From: Mustelus asterias
Lineage: Eukaryota
Direction of reading: 5' to 3'
DNA: 64,000 nucleotides
NCBI RefSeq assembly: GCF_964213995.1
Contig: NC_135810.1
Span: forward strand, 118,916,001 to 118,980,000
Numbering within the stretch: position 1 is the stretch's first letter; each line of letters starts with the position of its first letter. The position numbers and the translations under genes are program-made. Positions 59,461 to 64,000 of this stretch are shown in pieces. The notes under the pieces are model-generated. The model made no database searches. It worked only from the letters and a program-made list of their open reading frames with translations, and was not told the origin of the DNA.

Positions 59461-60650
59461 CAGGCATTCGTAATTTATCACATCTATCATGCCACCAACG
59501 ATCCATTCCAGCTACAATTTTCTGGCCTCGTATATTCAGTTACTTGAAGCAGACCTAACCCCTACTGAATCTGCATTGTGAGTTAGATTGTATGCCTCCC
59601 CAATGACCCTCACCCCCCCCCTCCCCAATTAAAGGATGGTGGGCCAGCTAGCCCACCACCCTTTTCCCCCCCTTTTTCTGTCTTTCCCCTCAATTTCAAT
59701 TTCTATTTCCCCCTTTTGGGTTTTATCTCCTCACTTGCTTTTGCGACTCTATCGCTCCTCACTTTCCTCATTCATGGGGAGACTGCGGACGAGGCACATC
59801 AGTGGTAGGGAAATTAGAATCATAGAATCCTTACAGTACAGAAGGAGGCCATTCAGCCCTCTGAGCTTGTACCGACCACAATCCCACCCAGGCCCTATCT
59901 CCATAACCCTTATTTACCCTGCCAATTCCCCTGACACTAGAGTCAATTTAGCATGGCCAATCAACCTAACCTGCACACCTTTGGACAAAAAATTCTGGGG
60001 GACAGAATTAATCTCCATTCGGAGAGGCAAGGATTAATCAAGGATAGTCAACATGGCCTTGTCAAGGGGAGATTATGACTCTCAAATTTGATTGAATTTT
60101 TCAAGGGGGTGACTAGGTGCGTCGATGTGGACAGTGCAGTTGATGTAGTCTGTATGGACTTCAGCTTTTGTTCCATACCATGAGATTCCCGCTTACTCGT
60201 AGCAACTTCTAATGAGACTACTGTAAGTTAGTGTCACCTCACCTTACCTTTCCGTGATTTTCAAATCACCAACACCCTCACAATCACACCATACCTACTT
60301 TCTCATGGTCAGTACCTCCTCCTCCATAGTCTCCCCATGAGAGAGGAAAGTGATAGAGTCGCAAAGAAAGTGAGGCAACAAAACAGAAAAAAACAAAAAA
60401 GGGGGAAATAGAAATTGAAAATGAGGGGAAAGACAGAAAAAGGGGGGAAAAGGGTAGTGGGCTAGCTGGCCCACCATCCTTTAATTGGAGAGGAGGGGTG
60501 AGGGTCGTTGGGGAGGCATACAATCCAACCCACAGTGCAGATTCAGTAGGGGTTATGTCTGCTTCAAGTAACTAAATATACGAGGCCAGAAAATTGTAGC
60601 TGGAATAGATCATTGGTGGCATGATAGATGTGATAAATTATGAATACCGG
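59461..60650. mobile_element. Long-TIR (fold-back) non-autonomous element, possibly hAT-like
   Basis: Inverted arms of about 335 bp (59461-59797 and 60312-60650); CAG terminus; imperfect 8-bp flanks GGCAATTA / GGCAAATG. Confidence 0.6.
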
Positions 60651-61175
60651 GGCAAATGCGATAAAATCAGTGTGACTGCAGTGATTGAGGAGCTTAGAAC
60701 AAGGAGTCATAGACAGGAGTAAGAGATTAAGGACAAAGAATGGGAGATTTTTTTCCTATTCTTTGCACAGAAGGTTGAGGATGTGGCATTGAGCATCAGA
60801 GTCAGTGACTGAACTGTTACAATCATAGAATCCCGACAGTGCAGAAGGAGGCCATTTGGCCCATCGAGCCTGCACCGACAACAATCCCACCTCGGCTTAT
60901 CCCCATAACCCTGCATATTTATCCTGCTGGTCCTCCCTGACACTAAGGAGCAATTTAGCGTGGTCGGTCTACCTAATCTGCACGTCTGTGGACTGTGGGA
61001 GGAATGTAATGTAGGAAAAGTTACGACAGAAACTGCACTTCTCAGAAAATTAGCTGTAAAATACTTCAGGATGCCCTGCATTGGGAAAAGCGCGATATAA
61101 AAACAAGTCCTTTATTATCTTCTTCGCTTAATATTTGCCCAAATATCCATTTCCCTGCAATCTAAGATCAGTTAC

Positions 61176-61311
61176 CGTTATCAGGTCCTCCCTGGTGGGA
61201 TAGGAGGAGATCAAACAATTTTTCAGTGTCTTGACGTTTGTGACGGACACGTGGAGTCGATTGTGAGCTTTCTCATGGGCATCAACAGAAAGAATGGATT
61301 CCATCCCCTCC
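61176..61311 (-). CDS. PNPLA4: PNPLA4 coding exon
   Basis: (R)EGMESILSVDAHEKAHNRLHVSVTNVKTLKNCLISSYPTREDLIT; acceptor ttcctcctcag| and donor |gtaact; phase 2-0. Confidence 0.96.
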
Positions 61312-63478
61312 CTGAGGAGGAAAAACACAAATCACATTCCTTGCTTTCAACTGTTAAGCATTTGCAGCCTGTCGAGAACGATAAGTCTCTGTAAAAGAAA
61401 AGGCAAAACCTACGTGACTCATACACAAACTTCATGCAATCTAACCAAACCATAACTCAACCTCAATCGTGTTCACGTTTTGAGTTAAGCACTGGTAACT
61501 GCAGTTGTTGCAACCCTGAACGTGGCGTCGTAAGAGGGAACATGAATAAACAGGACGAGGAATGACATAAATTATAGCATGGTTACGACACAGAAGGAGG
61601 CTATCGGCTTGTCGTGTCTGCGCAGGCTCTCTTCAAGAGCAGCTCAGCGAGTCACTCTCCCCCACCCCTACGCCGTAGCTCAGCTTTTTTCCTCTTTGGT
61701 TCCTTTTCCAATTCCCTTTTGAAAGCCCCGATTGAATCCGTCTCCACCACACGCTCAGACAGCGCATTCCAGATCCTAACCACTCGCTGCATAACAAAGA
61801 TTTTTCTCATGTCGCCTTTGGCAATCACATTATGACCCTTGTGCCAATAGAATGTTTTCTCTATATACTCTGTCTGGATATCTCATGGTTTTGAACGCTA
61901 TGATCAAATCTCCTTCACCTTCCCTTCTCCAAGGGGAACAACCCCAGCTTAATTCTCCAATCTCTCCACATAACTAAAGTTCCTCATCCCTGGAACCGTT
62001 TTTTTATAAATCGTTTCTGCAGTCTCTCTATAAAGCCATCGCATCCTTCCCAAAATGTAAGGCCCAGAATTGGATACAGTGCTCCAGTGTTTTACAAAGG
62101 TTTATCATAACTTCCTTACCTCTGTACTCTAGGCCTCCGTAGACCCTAGAATTCTGCATATCTCTTAAACCAACTTCTCAATCTGTCCTGCCACCTTCAA
62201 CGATTTGTGCACATATGACCACGGGCTGCATGATATGTGTCCTCGTTGGGAATGTTTTTGGTGGGGGGGGGCGGGGAACACATAAAATAAGGCAGGTGCC
62301 CATCCTACAAACTTCCCCGAGCTCACCCCATAATACAGAGAGTGAGCAGGGTGCCAAAATCTGCCGATTTAATTGGTGGAGGTGCTTAATCCTCAGAAGA
62401 GACAGACCAGTAACCACCTGCACTCGATCTCAGATCGGAAAATTTCCGTTGGTCATTAGTTTCAACTTTACTTGTATTGATTTGAATACTTTTAAGATTC
62501 CGCTCGGAATATTTACGAGGAAATCTTTTCTTTCTGTTTACAATGTTACTAACGCAAACCGGCCACAGAAAATAAAGAGGAATTTACATTAACATAATAA
62601 CAGCAGGTCAAACAATCCCCTTGTCTGCTCCACCATTCAACAAGATGATGGCTGATCTTCTACCTCAACTCCACTTTCCTATCTCTTCCTCATATCCCTT
62701 GGTTCCCTCAATGTCAATATTGCATCCACATCCTCAAGACATCTTAAAGCACTTCACATTAGCAGCAAGAAAGCACAAGTGACAAGCGAGTTGAACCTGG
62801 AGGCGTTTTATTCTTGGTTCTGTAGGTGGAGGGAGGAATGAAAATCTGGAAAACATCCTTCCCTCCATCCACACTGGGCGGGGGGGGGGAGGGGGAGCTC
62901 TGTGTTCCTCACTGACCAGCAACACATGGAACAAGACAGTCACAGAATAATCAAGCACCCAGAGGGGGCTGGCCAACTCTGAGAGTACAATGTTGGGCTG
63001 AGTGCCTCCCCGGTGATTGGGAGGGGGCGGGGTGGAGGCCAGTCCCCTCCTGACAACAATTTTCAAGAATGTTGTGGAGCTGGGAAACATTCAGGTAACC
63101 ACTTCACATTTGGAGGCAGTCTCTTTAAGGTTGGCCCTTTAAGGTTAGGCAGCGTATCAAATCATCCTGAACACTGCAAGCTACTTTCTGGGCAGTCCAA
63201 TTTCAGGAAGGAGTCCTGAAATAGGTCTTAAACCCTTTTAGTGCAGATGAAAACAGCCCTCCATATATTGAGTTGAAAGCCCTGGAGGTTTATACTGGAT
63301 GTGGAGATGCCGGCGTTGGACTGGGGCAAGCACACTAAGAAGTCTCACAGCACCAGGTTAAATTCCAACAGGTTTATTTGGTAGCACAAGCTTTCGGAGT
63401 GCTGCTCCTTCTTCACCTGATTGGCAATACAGCCTTGAGGGACTGAGCACCTTTTCTGTTCCTGTGTTCTACTCTTAC

Positions 63479-63573
63479 CTCAACTGCTTCATAAAGTCAT
63501 ATCCGGGTGTTACGGCTCCAAGTTTCTGCCTCCGGACATCGGCTGCAAATCCGTAAGTAAATTCTTTGCATTG
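63479..63573 (-). CDS. PNPLA4: PNPLA4 coding exon (most 5' exon in the window)
   Basis: QCKEFTYGFAADVRRQKLGAVTPGYDFMKQL(R); acceptor cttctgctcctcag| and donor |gtaaga; phase 0-2. The exon carrying the GxSxG nucleophile must lie beyond 64000. Confidence 0.96.
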
Positions 63574-64000
63574 CTGAGGAGCAGAAGTGGTGGGTGGGTG
63601 AGGGGATGGTGAGTCGGCGGGGCGGGGCGGGGGGGGGGGGGGGGGGTGCAGGAAACAGGAAAAGAAAAATTAAAACAGCTTTTCTCCCATCATTTTGGGG
63701 CTTGACTAAGCCATACAGAATAGTAAGGTATGAAAATCAGCCCCTTCATAAAATGATGCAGCTCAGGGGAAGGCCACTCGGTCCATCGTATCTATGTTGG
63801 CTCTTCGAAAGAACTATCTATTTAATCCCATTCCCCTGCCCTTTCCCCCACAGCCTTGCTAATATTTCCCCTTCGGTTAATGTTTTTTGTTCATTCATGG
63901 GACGTGGGCGTCGCTGGCTGGCCAGCATTTATTGCCCAAACCTAGTTGCCCCTTGAGAAGGTGGTGGTGAGCTGCCTTCTTGAATCGCTGCAGTCCACGT

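Overview
Repeat-dense vertebrate genomic DNA, almost certainly from a shark: it carries HE1-type V-SINEs, CR1/HER1 LINEs, Rex1/Babar LINEs and Deu-domain SINEs. Most six-frame ORFs are transposon debris. Two host genes can be assembled from splice sites. (1) On the + strand is an unannotated-looking CD28/CTLA-4-family receptor: a V-set Ig exon (10392-10754, SLPPPH loop at the MYPPPY position), a stalk-Cys/TM exon (13277-13389, YSLAVT motif) and a cytoplasmic exon (22298-22495, YEDM = YxxM). Optional micro-exons are possible and the leader exon is uncertain. (2) On the - strand are five coding exons of PNPLA4 (63573 down to 44677); its first coding exon lies beyond the window. The two genes are convergent, so this receptor is not in the CD28-CTLA4-ICOS neighbourhood known from mammals. 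Between them is a full-length CR1 LINE with intact ORF1 and ORF2 and a 20-bp minisatellite at its 5' end. Also present: three families of minimal hammerhead-ribozyme motifs in Penelope-like termini, a Penelope-bounded copy of neighbouring DNA, a fold-back hairpin in the likely PNPLA4 3' UTR, solo LTRs, a long-TIR element, and U6 and tRNA-Ile pseudogenes. All calls come from reading the sequence by eye; no searches were run and repeat boundaries are approximate.
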